From NCBI GenBank assembly GCA_964483785.1, contig CAZACW010000002.1, positions 16,666 to 80,665 on the forward strand: a stretch of 64,000 bases of DNA, given 5' to 3'. Both the position numbers and the translations under genes were made by a program. Every line of letters begins with the position of its first letter. The stretch's first letter is position 1. Of this stretch, positions 19,325 to 28,819 are shown piece after piece. Under the pieces are notes generated by a model. The model saw only the letters and a list, made by a program, of their open reading frames with translations. It did no database searches and was not told where the DNA came from. Origin of the DNA: an uncultured Planctomycetales bacterium (GTDB taxonomy: Bacteria; Omnitrophota; Gorgyraeia; Zapsychrales; Fredricksoniimonadaceae).

Positions 19325-20129
19325 GTTAGACGCCAGGTCCAGGCAGTTGCGCTGGAAAATTGTGGACATATTAAAGGCCAGCCGCGCCGGCCATGTCGGC
19401 GCCGCCTTTTCTTTAGTGGAGATTTTGCGGGTCTTATACGACGATGTTTTGCGTTTCGACCCCCAAGACCCGCATTGGCCCCAGAGGGACCGCTGCATCT
19501 TAAGCAAGGGGCACGGCTGTCTGGCCCTGTATGTGATGCTGGCGGACAAAGGTTTTTTCCCTGAGGCGCATCTGTGGAGATTCACCGCGGCCGACGGCCT
19601 TTTAGGCGGGCACCCGGAACACAAGGTCCCAGGAGTGGAGGCCTCGACCGGCAGTCTCGGTCATGGCTTTTCCATTGGGGTGGGCATGGCCATCAACGCG
19701 CGGTATGAGCAAAGCAGCTCCCGCGTCTTTGTGGTCATCGGCGACGGGGAATCCAACGAAGGCTCGATTTGGGAAGCGGCCCTGTGCTCAGCCAAACATA
19801 AGCTGGACCAGCTGACCGTGATGGTGGACTATAACAAGCACCAATCCTATGGTCCGACCAAGGAGGTCCTGGACATGGAACCTTTTGCGGATAAATGGCG
19901 GGCCTTTGGCTTCGCTGTCCGGGAATGCGACGGGCATGATGTGGAGGCGCTTAAACGCACTTTGGAGGCGCTTCCTTTTGAGCCGGGCAAGCCCAATGCC
20001 GTTATCTGCCATACGGTCAAGGGCAAGGGTGTCAGTTATGTGGAAAATAATTTGAAATGGCATCACCGCAGTAAAATGACCGACGAGGAGATCGACGGTT
20101 TGTTTAAGGCCTTGGAGGCCGAGGTTTAA
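19314..20129 (+). CDS. Transketolase-like, N-terminal (TPP-binding) subunit
   Basis: LSKGH, STGSLGHG, GDGE..EG..WE, DYN TPP motif. Confidence 0.92.
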   Translation: MPTKLDARSRQLRWKIVDILKASRAGHVGAAFSLVEILRVLYDDVLRFDPQDPHWPQRDRCILSKGHGCLALYVMLADKGFFPEAHLWRFTAADGLLGGHPEHKVPGVEASTGSLGHGFSIGVGMAINARYEQSSSRVFVVIGDGESNEGSIWEAALCSAKHKLDQLTVMVDYNKHQSYGPTKEVLDMEPFADKWRAFGFAVRECDGHDVEALKRTLEALPFEPGKPNAVICHTVKGKGVSYVENNLKWHHRSKMTDEEIDGLFKALEAEV

Positions 20130-20132
20130 GTC

Positions 20133-21071
20133 ATGCGCAAAACAGCGTTAGACCAGGTTTATGCATTGGCCCGCCAGGATGGGCGCATTTTTTTCATCGG
20201 CTCAGATTTGGGCTGCGGCACCCTGCAGAAATTTAAGGAAGAGATGCCGGGGCGTTTTTTGATGGAGGGTGTGAGCGAAGCCATGTGGGCCGCGCTGGCT
20301 GCCGGATTGGCCTTGGAAGGTAGGTTTGTATATCTACACACCATCGCCAGCGTTTTTAGCCGCCCCTGTTTTGTGCGAATTGGCCTGGAGCTGGCCCTGC
20401 ACAGGGCCAGGGTCCGTTTGATCGCCAAGGGCGGGGGGCTGGTGTACGCGCCGCTGGGGCCCACCCATTTGGCCATCGATGATCTGGCCATTTTGCGCGC
20501 GGTGCCGGGCATGGCCGTGGCAGCGCCCTGCGATGCTGATGAGATGAAGCGGCTGATGCCTCTGACCGTGGAACATCCAGGGCCGGTGTACATCCGCCTG
20601 GCCAAGGGAGGGGACATCATTGTTTCTTCAGACCGCGTGCCTTTGCAATTCGGCAAGGCCCTTGCAGTGCGCGAAGGCAGGGACGCCTTGATCGTGACCA
20701 CGGGCGTCACCCTGCAGATGGCTTTAAAGGCGGCGGATGTGCTGGCCAACGAGGGCCTGGAAGTGGGAGTACTGCATATGCCCTTTATCAAGCCCTTTGA
20801 TCAAGAGGCCTTGCTGCGTTTTGCAGAACAAACTTCCAATATCATCACCGTGGAAGAACATCTGGTGACCGGCGGCCTGGGCAGTGCCGTGGCCGAGGTG
20901 CTGATGGAAGCCAATTTCGATGCGCCGAAAAATTTCCGCCGCATCGGCATTCCCGACGCCTTTGCCGAAAGTTACGGGAACCAGCAGGCCCTGATGGCCC
21001 GGTACGGGATCACGGCCGAAAACATTTGTGCGGTTGTCAAACATTTGCGTCATCTGAAAATGGCGGTATAA
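20133..21071 (+). CDS. Transketolase-like, C-terminal subunit
   Basis: GPTH, GPVYIRL, TVEEH..GGLGSAVAE; a locally divergent patch is described in findings. Confidence 0.88.
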   Translation: MRKTALDQVYALARQDGRIFFIGSDLGCGTLQKFKEEMPGRFLMEGVSEAMWAALAAGLALEGRFVYLHTIASVFSRPCFVRIGLELALHRARVRLIAKGGGLVYAPLGPTHLAIDDLAILRAVPGMAVAAPCDADEMKRLMPLTVEHPGPVYIRLAKGGDIIVSSDRVPLQFGKALAVREGRDALIVTTGVTLQMALKAADVLANEGLEVGVLHMPFIKPFDQEALLRFAEQTSNIITVEEHLVTGGLGSAVAEVLMEANFDAPKNFRRIGIPDAFAESYGNQQALMARYGITAENICAVVKHLRHLKMAV

Positions 21072-21084
21072 GTCAACATAGGTT

Positions 21085-21142
21085 CCACCACAACCCCCGG
21101 GGTTGTGGTGGTAACCATCACAACCCCGGGGGTTGTGATGGT
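21085..21142. repeat. Doublet of the 29-bp palindrome (copies 3 and 4)
   Basis: ccaccacaacccccggggttgtggtgg (C5G4, compensatory T-A to C-G change), then accatcacaaccccgggggttgtgatggt (C4G5). Confidence 0.95.
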
Positions 21143-21176
21143 CACATATTCTTGCATTCCTTGAAGAATAGGGAAT

Positions 21177-21875
21177 ATGTCGAACAAGCAACAGTTTCTC
21201 AAGGAGGTTGAGATGGGCCGGATGCTGGAATTTTTTACACCCTTGCACAAAAGGACCAAGCGCAATTATATCGAGCGCATGATGAACAAAAAGGTCGAGT
21301 GCATGAACAAGGCATGTGAGTATGAATTCGATTATTGGGACGGGGACCGCAGCTGCGGTTACGGCGGCTATAAATACGACGGCCGCTGGAAACCCGTGGC
21401 CCAAAAATTGATCGACACCTACGGGATCAAGGACGGTTTCAAGATCCTGGACGTGGGCTGCGGCAAGGCGCATTTGTTGTACGAGATCAAGCAATTGCTG
21501 CCGAAGGTCGAGGTGACCGGCATCGATATTTCCAGGCACGGGTTGAGCGATGCGCCGGAGGCCGTCCGCCCGTTTTTGGTCCGGCACCGGGCCCAGGACC
21601 CCTATCCCTGGGGCAATCAGCATTTTGACCTGGTGATCAGCCTGGGTACTTTACACAATCTGCACATTTACGAATTGGAAACAGCGCTCAAGGAAATCGA
21701 GCGCGTGGGCAAGGCAAAATACATCATGGTGGAAGGCTACCGCAACAAGGAAGAACTTTTTAATTTGGAATGCTGGGCCTTGACCGCGGTGTCCTTTTAT
21801 GAGCCGCAGGCCTGGATCTGGCTGTACCGCCATTTCGGCTACAGCGGCGATTACGAATTCATTTATTTTGAATAA
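21177..21875 (+). CDS. Class I SAM-dependent methyltransferase
   Basis: ILDVGCGK; YWDGDR..GYGGY.YDGRW N-terminal motif. Confidence 0.88.
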   Translation: MSNKQQFLKEVEMGRMLEFFTPLHKRTKRNYIERMMNKKVECMNKACEYEFDYWDGDRSCGYGGYKYDGRWKPVAQKLIDTYGIKDGFKILDVGCGKAHLLYEIKQLLPKVEVTGIDISRHGLSDAPEAVRPFLVRHRAQDPYPWGNQHFDLVISLGTLHNLHIYELETALKEIERVGKAKYIMVEGYRNKEELFNLECWALTAVSFYEPQAWIWLYRHFGYSGDYEFIYFE

Positions 21876-21884
21876 GAGGAGATT

Positions 21885-22922
21885 ATGAAAGCAGCGATTT
21901 TAGCGGAATTGAACAAACCCCTGGTGCTGGCGGACATTGCCCTGCCGCAGCGGCTGGCTTTCGGCCAGGTCCGGGTGAAAATTTTTTACAGCGGCATCTG
22001 CGGGGCCCAGCTCAATGAGATCGAGGGGGCCAAGGGCCCGGACAAATTCCTGCCGCATCTCTTGGGCCACGAAGGCTCAGGGACCGTCGTGGACGTGGGG
22101 CCGGGCGTCAAGACGGTCAAGAAGGACGATCATGTGGTCCTGCACTGGCGCCCCAGCAACGGCATCCAGTCCGAGACGCCCGCCTATGACTGGCAGGGCC
22201 GCAAGGTCAACGCGGGCTGGGTCACCACCTTCAACGAAGAGGCCGTGATTTCCGAAAACCGCCTGACACCTATTCCTAAGGACTTTGATCTGCGCTTAGC
22301 ACCCCTGTTCGGCTGTGCGGTGACCACGGCCATGGGCGTTGTCAATAATGACGCGCGCCTCAAGATCGGACAGTCCGTCGTGATTTTTGGCGCCGGCGGG
22401 GTGGGGCTGAACATCGTGCAGGCCGCGGCCATGGTTTCAGCCCATCCCATCGTGGCCATTGATCTGTTCGATGAAAAATTGGACATGGCCAAAAAATTCG
22501 GCGCCACCCATGTGCTGAATTCCAAAAAAACGCCTGGGGTGGCTTCCTGGGTCGCGCAGTACATCCCCAAGGGCCTGGCGGACGTGGTGATCTACACCAC
22601 CGGCAATGCCCGCGTGATCGAGCTGGCCTATGAGCTCACCCATCCCGACGGGAAGACCATCCTGGTGGGCGTGCCGCTCAAGGGGGAAAATATTTCCATT
22701 TATTCCCTGCCCCTGCATTTTAACAAGGTGCTCAAAGGCTCGCACGGCGGCAGCAGCGAACCTCATTTGGACATTCCGCGCTATGTGGCCCTGTGCCAGT
22801 CAGGGAAGATGACCCTGGAAGGCCTGGTGACGGATGAATTTCCCTTGTCCAAGATCAATGAGGCCCTGGATAAGGTGCGCAGCGGCCAGAGCGGGCGGGT
22901 GATCATCAATATGAAGGCCTGA
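21885..22922 (+). CDS. Zinc-binding (MDR) dehydrogenase
   Basis: GIC, GHEG, GCAVTT, GAGGVG. Confidence 0.9.
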   Translation: MKAAILAELNKPLVLADIALPQRLAFGQVRVKIFYSGICGAQLNEIEGAKGPDKFLPHLLGHEGSGTVVDVGPGVKTVKKDDHVVLHWRPSNGIQSETPAYDWQGRKVNAGWVTTFNEEAVISENRLTPIPKDFDLRLAPLFGCAVTTAMGVVNNDARLKIGQSVVIFGAGGVGLNIVQAAAMVSAHPIVAIDLFDEKLDMAKKFGATHVLNSKKTPGVASWVAQYIPKGLADVVIYTTGNARVIELAYELTHPDGKTILVGVPLKGENISIYSLPLHFNKVLKGSHGGSSEPHLDIPRYVALCQSGKMTLEGLVTDEFPLSKINEALDKVRSGQSGRVIINMKA

Positions 22923-22935
22923 CAAAGAACACAAG

Positions 22936-24054
22936 ATGAAAACCGAACAAGTCCAACACAAAATGCATGTACGCTTTCGGGACCTGGGCATCAAAGACCC
23001 TGGGCTTACAAAAGAATTACTGCAGGCTGTTGAGCAGGTCCTGACCCACGGACGTTTTATTCTGGGGCCGGAAGTGGAAATTTTTGAAAACCAGATCGCG
23101 GCCTGGTGCCAGCGCAAATACGCGGTGGGCATGAATTCAGGGACAGATGCGCTTTACCTGGCCCTGCGGGCCTTGGGGATCGGCCCAGGGGATGAAGTGA
23201 TCACAACGCCTTTGTCCTGGATCGCCACTGTGAATGCCATTGTCCTGACCGGCGCCACACCGGTTTTTGTGGATATTGCCGAAGACCTAAACATCGACGC
23301 CGGTCTGATTGAAGAAGCGGTCACGCCCAAAACAAAGGCGATTGTGCCGGTGCATTTCACCGGCAGGATCTGCGATATGCCGCGTATTATGGGCATTGCC
23401 AAACGCCGCAAGCTCTATGTTGTGGAAGACGCGGCCCAGGCCTTTGGGGCCAGCATTCCGGAAGGGCCGGCAGGTTCGTTCGGGGACATCAGTTGTTTCA
23501 GCATCAATCCCATGAAGGTCTTGTGCGCCTACGGCGAGGCCGGGGCTGTGGTGACGGACGACGCGCAATTAAGGGACAAGCTTTCTTCCTTGCGTTACGC
23601 GGGGACGGTCAACCGGGAAGACTGCCATATGCCAAGCTTAAACGGCCGCATCGATACCATCCAGGCAGCCATGATTTCCATTAACCTGAAATATTTAAAA
23701 GACAAGATCAAACGGCGCCAGGACATAGCGCGGCGTTACGATGCCGCGCTTCAAAAGACGGTCATCTGCCCTGCGCCTTCCCCAGGCTGTCACATTTATT
23801 ATTCCTACAGCATTTTGAGCGGGCGCCGTGATGAACTTAAGCAGTACCTGCAAAACCACGGCATTGAAACCAAGATCCAGCACCCGATCCTGATGCCGTA
23901 TCACACGGCGTACCGGGGGAAATTTCCGGCGAAGATCCCGGCGGCTGAGCGCCTGGTGCAGAAATTGCTGTGTCTGCCCAATGATGAGGGCTTGTCCAAT
24001 GCGCAGGTTGATTATGTCATTGACCGCATCCAGGAATTCTATAAGGTGAATTGA
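22936..24054 (+). CDS. DegT/DnrJ/EryC1/StrS sugar aminotransferase 3
   Basis: SGTDAL, EDAAQAFG, SINPMK. Confidence 0.92.
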   Translation: MKTEQVQHKMHVRFRDLGIKDPGLTKELLQAVEQVLTHGRFILGPEVEIFENQIAAWCQRKYAVGMNSGTDALYLALRALGIGPGDEVITTPLSWIATVNAIVLTGATPVFVDIAEDLNIDAGLIEEAVTPKTKAIVPVHFTGRICDMPRIMGIAKRRKLYVVEDAAQAFGASIPEGPAGSFGDISCFSINPMKVLCAYGEAGAVVTDDAQLRDKLSSLRYAGTVNREDCHMPSLNGRIDTIQAAMISINLKYLKDKIKRRQDIARRYDAALQKTVICPAPSPGCHIYYSYSILSGRRDELKQYLQNHGIETKIQHPILMPYHTAYRGKFPAKIPAAERLVQKLLCLPNDEGLSNAQVDYVIDRIQEFYKVN

Positions 24055-24585
24055 ATGAAGATCAAGCCGTTTAACGAAGAGGTGTTTTACACCGACGAGG
24101 AAGTGACCAAGGTCAACCAGCAGGACGTGGCCTGGCTTAAAAGCAAGGCCCTGGCCAATCCGCGCCGCCGGGCGCGGCTCTGCGCCCATCCCGGCATCCA
24201 GGATGTCTTGCATGAGATGCTGATCGTCCATGTCCGGGACGCCTATGTCCAGCCGCACAAGCACCCTCACAAAAGCGAGTCCTTTCACATCATCGAAGGC
24301 CGCTTGAAGGTCGTTATTTTCAGCGAGTCCGGCAAGATCACGGAAATCATCGAGATGGGTGAGTATCTTTCGGGCCTGCGTTTCTATTACCGTCTGGCCC
24401 GCGGCCTTTTTCATACCGTTGTCCCTGCCTCCGAGACCGTGGTTTATCATGAAGTCACCAACGGCCCGTTTGACAGGGCAGACACCGTGTTTGCCGGCTG
24501 GGCGCCGGCGGAAAATGAAATCCAGGCCCAGGCCGGATTTTTGAAGGATTTAAAGCAGAAAGCAACGATGGGAGCAAACGTATGA
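24055..24585 (+). CDS. WbuC-family cupin-fold protein
   Basis: 'PRRRARLCAH', 'PHKH..KSESF....G', 'FHTVV', 'HE...GPF'. Confidence 0.85.
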   Translation: MKIKPFNEEVFYTDEEVTKVNQQDVAWLKSKALANPRRRARLCAHPGIQDVLHEMLIVHVRDAYVQPHKHPHKSESFHIIEGRLKVVIFSESGKITEIIEMGEYLSGLRFYYRLARGLFHTVVPASETVVYHEVTNGPFDRADTVFAGWAPAENEIQAQAGFLKDLKQKATMGANV

Positions 24586-25835
24586 GCCAAGCCTATAAAC
24601 GCAGCACCTGCCGCCTGTGCGGCAAGCATGATTTTGAGAAAGTCCTGGAATTGACCCCCACGCCGCCGGCGGATGAATATGTTGCTAAAGAGCGGCTGAA
24701 CAAAATCCAGAAAACCTATCCCATTGACCTTTATCTCTGCCGTTCTTGCGGGGTCACCCAGCTTTTGGATGTGATCGATACCGACGAGGTGTACCTGAAT
24801 TATACCTATGAAACGGTGAGCTCCTTCGGCCTGGTCAAGCATTTTGAAGACTATGCCAGAGAAGTGATGGACAAATTCAAGCCGAAATTAGGCGGCCTGG
24901 TCCTGGATATCGGCAGCAACGACGGGTCTTTGTTGAAATATTTCAAGGACTTAGGGATGAAAATCCTCGGCATTGACCCTACACCTTCGATCGTCCAAAA
25001 AGCCAATGCCAACGGGATCCCGACCCTCGAAGCTTTTTTCAGCGAGGCCTATGCCCATCAGTTCAAGAAGGAGCACGGCAGCGCGGCGGTGATCACCTGC
25101 AACAACCTGGTTGCGGACATTGACAATTTAATGGATTTGATCAAAGGGGTCCGCGCCTTGATGGCCCCGGATTCCATTTTCGTTTTTGAAAGTTTTTATC
25201 TGGTGGACCAAATCCAGAACTTAGTCTGGGATTTTACCTATCACGAGCATTTTTCTTATTTTACGGTCAAGCCCCTGCAGTCCTTTTTCGCGGCCCAGGG
25301 CATGGAATTGATCGATGCCCAGCGCGTGTGGACCAAGGGCGGGTCAGTGCGCTATACCATCCAGCTTAAAGGCGGCCCCCGCAAGGCCTTGCCCAGCGTC
25401 GAAGAGTTGATTCAATATGAAGCCGGCATCGGCGCCCAAACGCCGGAGATTTTCAAAGAGTATAGGCAGAGGATTGAAAAGGCCAAACAGGAGCTGACTG
25501 CTCTGCTTAAGGACCTTAAAGCCAGGAAGAAAACCTTTGCCGGGTTCGGGGCCTCGGCCACGTCCACGACCTTGATCCACCACTATGATTTGGGGGACAA
25601 GATTGATTTCATCGCCGATGATTTCAAGGCCAAACAGAACCTTTTCAGCCCGGGTTTCCATATCCCGGTCTATCATCCGGACGAGATCTACAAAAGAAAA
25701 CCCGATTACATCATCATGCTGGCCTGGCGGTATTACGAGCCGATCATGAAAAACCACCAGCGTTATTTAGAGGACGGGGGCCAGTTTATCATCCCCTTGC
25801 CACGGCTTAAGGTCATATCCAAGGAGACAAAATGA
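24582..25835 (+). CDS. NDP-sugar C-methyltransferase-like protein (Zn-finger + SAM + C-methyltransferase C-terminal domain)
   Basis: CRLC...CRSC, DIGSNDG, YHEH.SY, AWRY, GGQFIIPLP. Confidence 0.88.
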   Translation: MSQAYKRSTCRLCGKHDFEKVLELTPTPPADEYVAKERLNKIQKTYPIDLYLCRSCGVTQLLDVIDTDEVYLNYTYETVSSFGLVKHFEDYAREVMDKFKPKLGGLVLDIGSNDGSLLKYFKDLGMKILGIDPTPSIVQKANANGIPTLEAFFSEAYAHQFKKEHGSAAVITCNNLVADIDNLMDLIKGVRALMAPDSIFVFESFYLVDQIQNLVWDFTYHEHFSYFTVKPLQSFFAAQGMELIDAQRVWTKGGSVRYTIQLKGGPRKALPSVEELIQYEAGIGAQTPEIFKEYRQRIEKAKQELTALLKDLKARKKTFAGFGASATSTTLIHHYDLGDKIDFIADDFKAKQNLFSPGFHIPVYHPDEIYKRKPDYIIMLAWRYYEPIMKNHQRYLEDGGQFIIPLPRLKVISKETK

Positions 25836-26836
25836 GCTTACCGAATAGACCCCTGCGGGGACAGGAGGCCGTCCGCTACCTCGAGCAAAAATTAAAGTTT
25901 TCGCATGAGGAGCTGACCGCCTATCCCAAGTACATCATGATCGAAACCGTCAATTTCTGCAACGCGGAATGCATCATGTGCGGGATCGATTTTGACAAGA
26001 AGGTCAAGTCCGTGATGAAGGACGAACTTTATAACAAAATTTTAAACGATATTGTCGAACATAAGGACCAGATCGAGAAGGTCATGCTGTATCTGGACTG
26101 CGAACCCCTTTTGGACAAGAAATTGCCCGGCCGCATCGCCCTGATGAAACAGGGGGGGGTCAAAAAAATCAACATTTCCACCAACGCCGCCCTGCTGGAT
26201 GAGAAAAGGGGGACAGCCATCATCAACGCGGGCCTGGATGAGATCTACATCAACCTGGATTCCCTGCACAAGGACAGGTTTGAGGCCATCCGCAAGGGGC
26301 TGAAATTCGAGGAGGTGCACCAGAATATCCTCAATTTTATCCCGTTAAGGAACCGGCTTAACCCTAATATGGTGATCCGCATCCAGATGATTTTGCAGGA
26401 GATGAATGCCGACGAGGGGGACGCCTGCCTCGCGTATTGGAAACCGAAATTAAACCCTCAGGACCAGATCATCGTGCAAAAGGCCCATAACTGGGCGCGT
26501 TTTGTCAACACCAAGAGTTTCGGGGATGAATTCACCATCAACAATATCCCCTGCATCGGGCCTTTCGGGACTTTTTGCATCCATGTGGACGGGACTGTGG
26601 GGCTGTGCAGCATGGACACCGAGCCCAAGGGGGCCACAGGCGAGGGCATCGGCAGTGTCGCCGAGAAAACGATCGCACAGGTCTGGACAGGTGAGCCGGT
26701 CCAAAGGGTGAGGCAGGTCCATATCGCGGGCGAGCGCTGCGGGATTAAATTATGCGACGGCTGCACCTTGTGGCGGGAGGACAAGCATATCCTCGAGGAC
26801 ATTGTCAAGCCGCAAAGCTTGTGCCAACAGCCTTAA
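25832..26836 (+). CDS. Radical SAM protein with SPASM/twitch domain
   Basis: CNAECIMC; C-terminal C...GTVGLC...CDGC. Confidence 0.88.
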   Translation: MSLPNRPLRGQEAVRYLEQKLKFSHEELTAYPKYIMIETVNFCNAECIMCGIDFDKKVKSVMKDELYNKILNDIVEHKDQIEKVMLYLDCEPLLDKKLPGRIALMKQGGVKKINISTNAALLDEKRGTAIINAGLDEIYINLDSLHKDRFEAIRKGLKFEEVHQNILNFIPLRNRLNPNMVIRIQMILQEMNADEGDACLAYWKPKLNPQDQIIVQKAHNWARFVNTKSFGDEFTINNIPCIGPFGTFCIHVDGTVGLCSMDTEPKGATGEGIGSVAEKTIAQVWTGEPVQRVRQVHIAGERCGIKLCDGCTLWREDKHILEDIVKPQSLCQQP

Positions 26837-26841
26837 AAAAT

Positions 26842-27645
26842 ATGATGAACAAAGAACATGTGCTGATGATCGGCGCCAGTAAGGGCAGCGGGCGCATCAG
26901 CGCGCAAACGCTGGCCCAGGCAGGTTATCAGGTGTCTGTGATCAGCCGCAGGCCGCCGCAGGAAAAAATCGACGGTGCCCGGCATTGGTCTGCGGACATC
27001 ACCAAGCCCGCCCTTTTTGCGGAAACGCTTGAGGCCATTGTCCGCCAGGCAGGGCCGTTGCATCATCTGATTTTTTGCCATCAATTCAGGGGCGAAGGCG
27101 ATGCCTGGGCAGGGCAGATTGAAACCAGTTTGACCGCAGTCAAGCGCGTGATCGAATCTGCCGTGGATCATTTCGCGCCGGCCAGGGGCGGCAGTACCAT
27201 TGTCATCGTCAGCTCCATCTGCGGCCGCTTGATCGCCGTGGAACAGCCGGTGGGCTATCATGTGGCCAAGGCAGGATTGGAACAGATGGTGCGCTATTAC
27301 GCCATGGCCCTGGGCCGCAAAGGGATCAGGGTCAATGCCGTTGCCCCGAACTCGGTGTTGAAGGCGGAAAACCGGGATTTTTACAAGCGCAACAAGGAAC
27401 TTTATGATCTGTACGCTAAAATCCTGCCCTTGGGCAGGATGGTGAGTTCGGAAGATGTGGCGGGCGCGATCGCCTTTTTGTGCGGCCCCCCGTCGAGCGG
27501 CATCACCGGCCAGACCCTGGTCATCGACGGAGGGATGTCCCTGCAGGACCATGAGGGCATGGCGCGATCGCTTATGTCCTTAGACCAAATCCAGCTGACT
27601 AAAAAAAACCATAAACCTGTGCATGCCGCGGCCGATGAAAAATAA
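26842..27645 (+). CDS. Short-chain dehydrogenase/reductase
   Basis: GASKGSG, YHVAK, IRVNAVAP, ITGQTLVIDGG. Confidence 0.9.
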   Translation: MMNKEHVLMIGASKGSGRISAQTLAQAGYQVSVISRRPPQEKIDGARHWSADITKPALFAETLEAIVRQAGPLHHLIFCHQFRGEGDAWAGQIETSLTAVKRVIESAVDHFAPARGGSTIVIVSSICGRLIAVEQPVGYHVAKAGLEQMVRYYAMALGRKGIRVNAVAPNSVLKAENRDFYKRNKELYDLYAKILPLGRMVSSEDVAGAIAFLCGPPSSGITGQTLVIDGGMSLQDHEGMARSLMSLDQIQLTKKNHKPVHAAADEK

Positions 27646-28819
27646 ATTAATGCCCATCCTGGAATACTATCAAAGCCGGCAGATCAATCCGGTGCCTATC
27701 GGCATTGAAGATCCCAAAACATGGGAAACCCATTGCATCAGGCGCCAAAATCTTTATGAGAGGCATTTGAAAATTCCTATTCCGATGTTCCGCGGCCGTT
27801 CGGTGATCGAGTTCGGGTGCAATTCCGGCGAGAATGCTTTATACCTGGCCTCCGCAGGCGCCCTGCTGACCCTGGTGGAGCCCAATGAGCAGGTGCTGCC
27901 GCGTTTGCGCGCTTTATTCGAGCGTTTTCATCTGCAGGGGCAGATCAAGGCCCTGGCTGCCACGGACATCGCGGCCTTCAAGCCGCAGGAACAATACGAT
28001 ATCATGCTCGCCGAAGGTTTTCTGACCATGATCCCTGACCGCGGCCGGATGTTGTTGAAAATCTGCTCCCTGCTTAAGCCCGGAGGTTTCGGCGTGATTT
28101 CCTTCGATGACCGCTACGGAGAGATGTTTGAGATCATCCGGCAGACGGTGTTTCGCCGGGTCTGCCGCGCCAGAGGCCTTGCTGACCTGCATAGCGCAGA
28201 GGCTCTGGCCGCGGCCAAGGAATTATTCGAAGAGGATTTCACCCGGATCAACAGCTCCCGGCCGTTTAAGGCCTGGTGGCAGGATGTGCTTTTGAATCCC
28301 TATGTGTCGTGGGAACATCTGGGGACCTATCATGAATTTGTAGCCTTGCTGCAGGAGGCCGGCTGTGAAGTCCATGCCACCTCGCCGCTTTGGTCCCAGA
28401 TGGACCATGGCTCCTGGTATAAAAATGTGGCGGGCCCTCAGGAAAGGCATCACCGGTTTTTGGAGGATTTTTATAAGGCCTTTCCTTTTTTGCTGACCGG
28501 CCTGCCTTTTTTGGCTGAGCGCATGGAGCCGGCCAAGCCGCAGGAAGTGGAGGCTGTTTCGGATTTCATCAAGGCCCTTTCCGCTTATAATTTTGCGGAC
28601 AGTCCATTTGAGTCCATCGCTTATCCGCCGTTGATGGACCGGTATTTTGCCTCAAGCCCATGCGCGGAATTGAAAAAATTGAATACAGAAATCAAGGCCC
28701 TGCTGTCTTTGTTGGGCCGTGACCCTCAGGCGGCCATCGGCTTTTACAAGCAGACGGAATTTTTGCAACGCGCATGGGGCATGGCCGGCCCCTATATCAG
28801 TTTTAAAAAACTCACATGA
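27635..28819 (+). CDS. Class I SAM-dependent methyltransferase
   Basis: VIEFGCNSGEN, LLKPGG. Confidence 0.8.
   Translation: MKNKLMPILEYYQSRQINPVPIGIEDPKTWETHCIRRQNLYERHLKIPIPMFRGRSVIEFGCNSGENALYLASAGALLTLVEPNEQVLPRLRALFERFHLQGQIKALAATDIAAFKPQEQYDIMLAEGFLTMIPDRGRMLLKICSLLKPGGFGVISFDDRYGEMFEIIRQTVFRRVCRARGLADLHSAEALAAAKELFEEDFTRINSSRPFKAWWQDVLLNPYVSWEHLGTYHEFVALLQEAGCEVHATSPLWSQMDHGSWYKNVAGPQERHHRFLEDFYKAFPFLLTGLPFLAERMEPAKPQEVEAVSDFIKALSAYNFADSPFESIAYPPLMDRYFASSPCAELKKLNTEIKALLSLLGRDPQAAIGFYKQTEFLQRAWGMAGPYISFKKLT

Noticed and set aside
21062-21073. ops/JUMPstart-like GGCGGTA
   Set aside because: It does not match GGCGGTAGnnTG, lies at the end of a CDS, and no RfaH/NusG paralogue is in the window.
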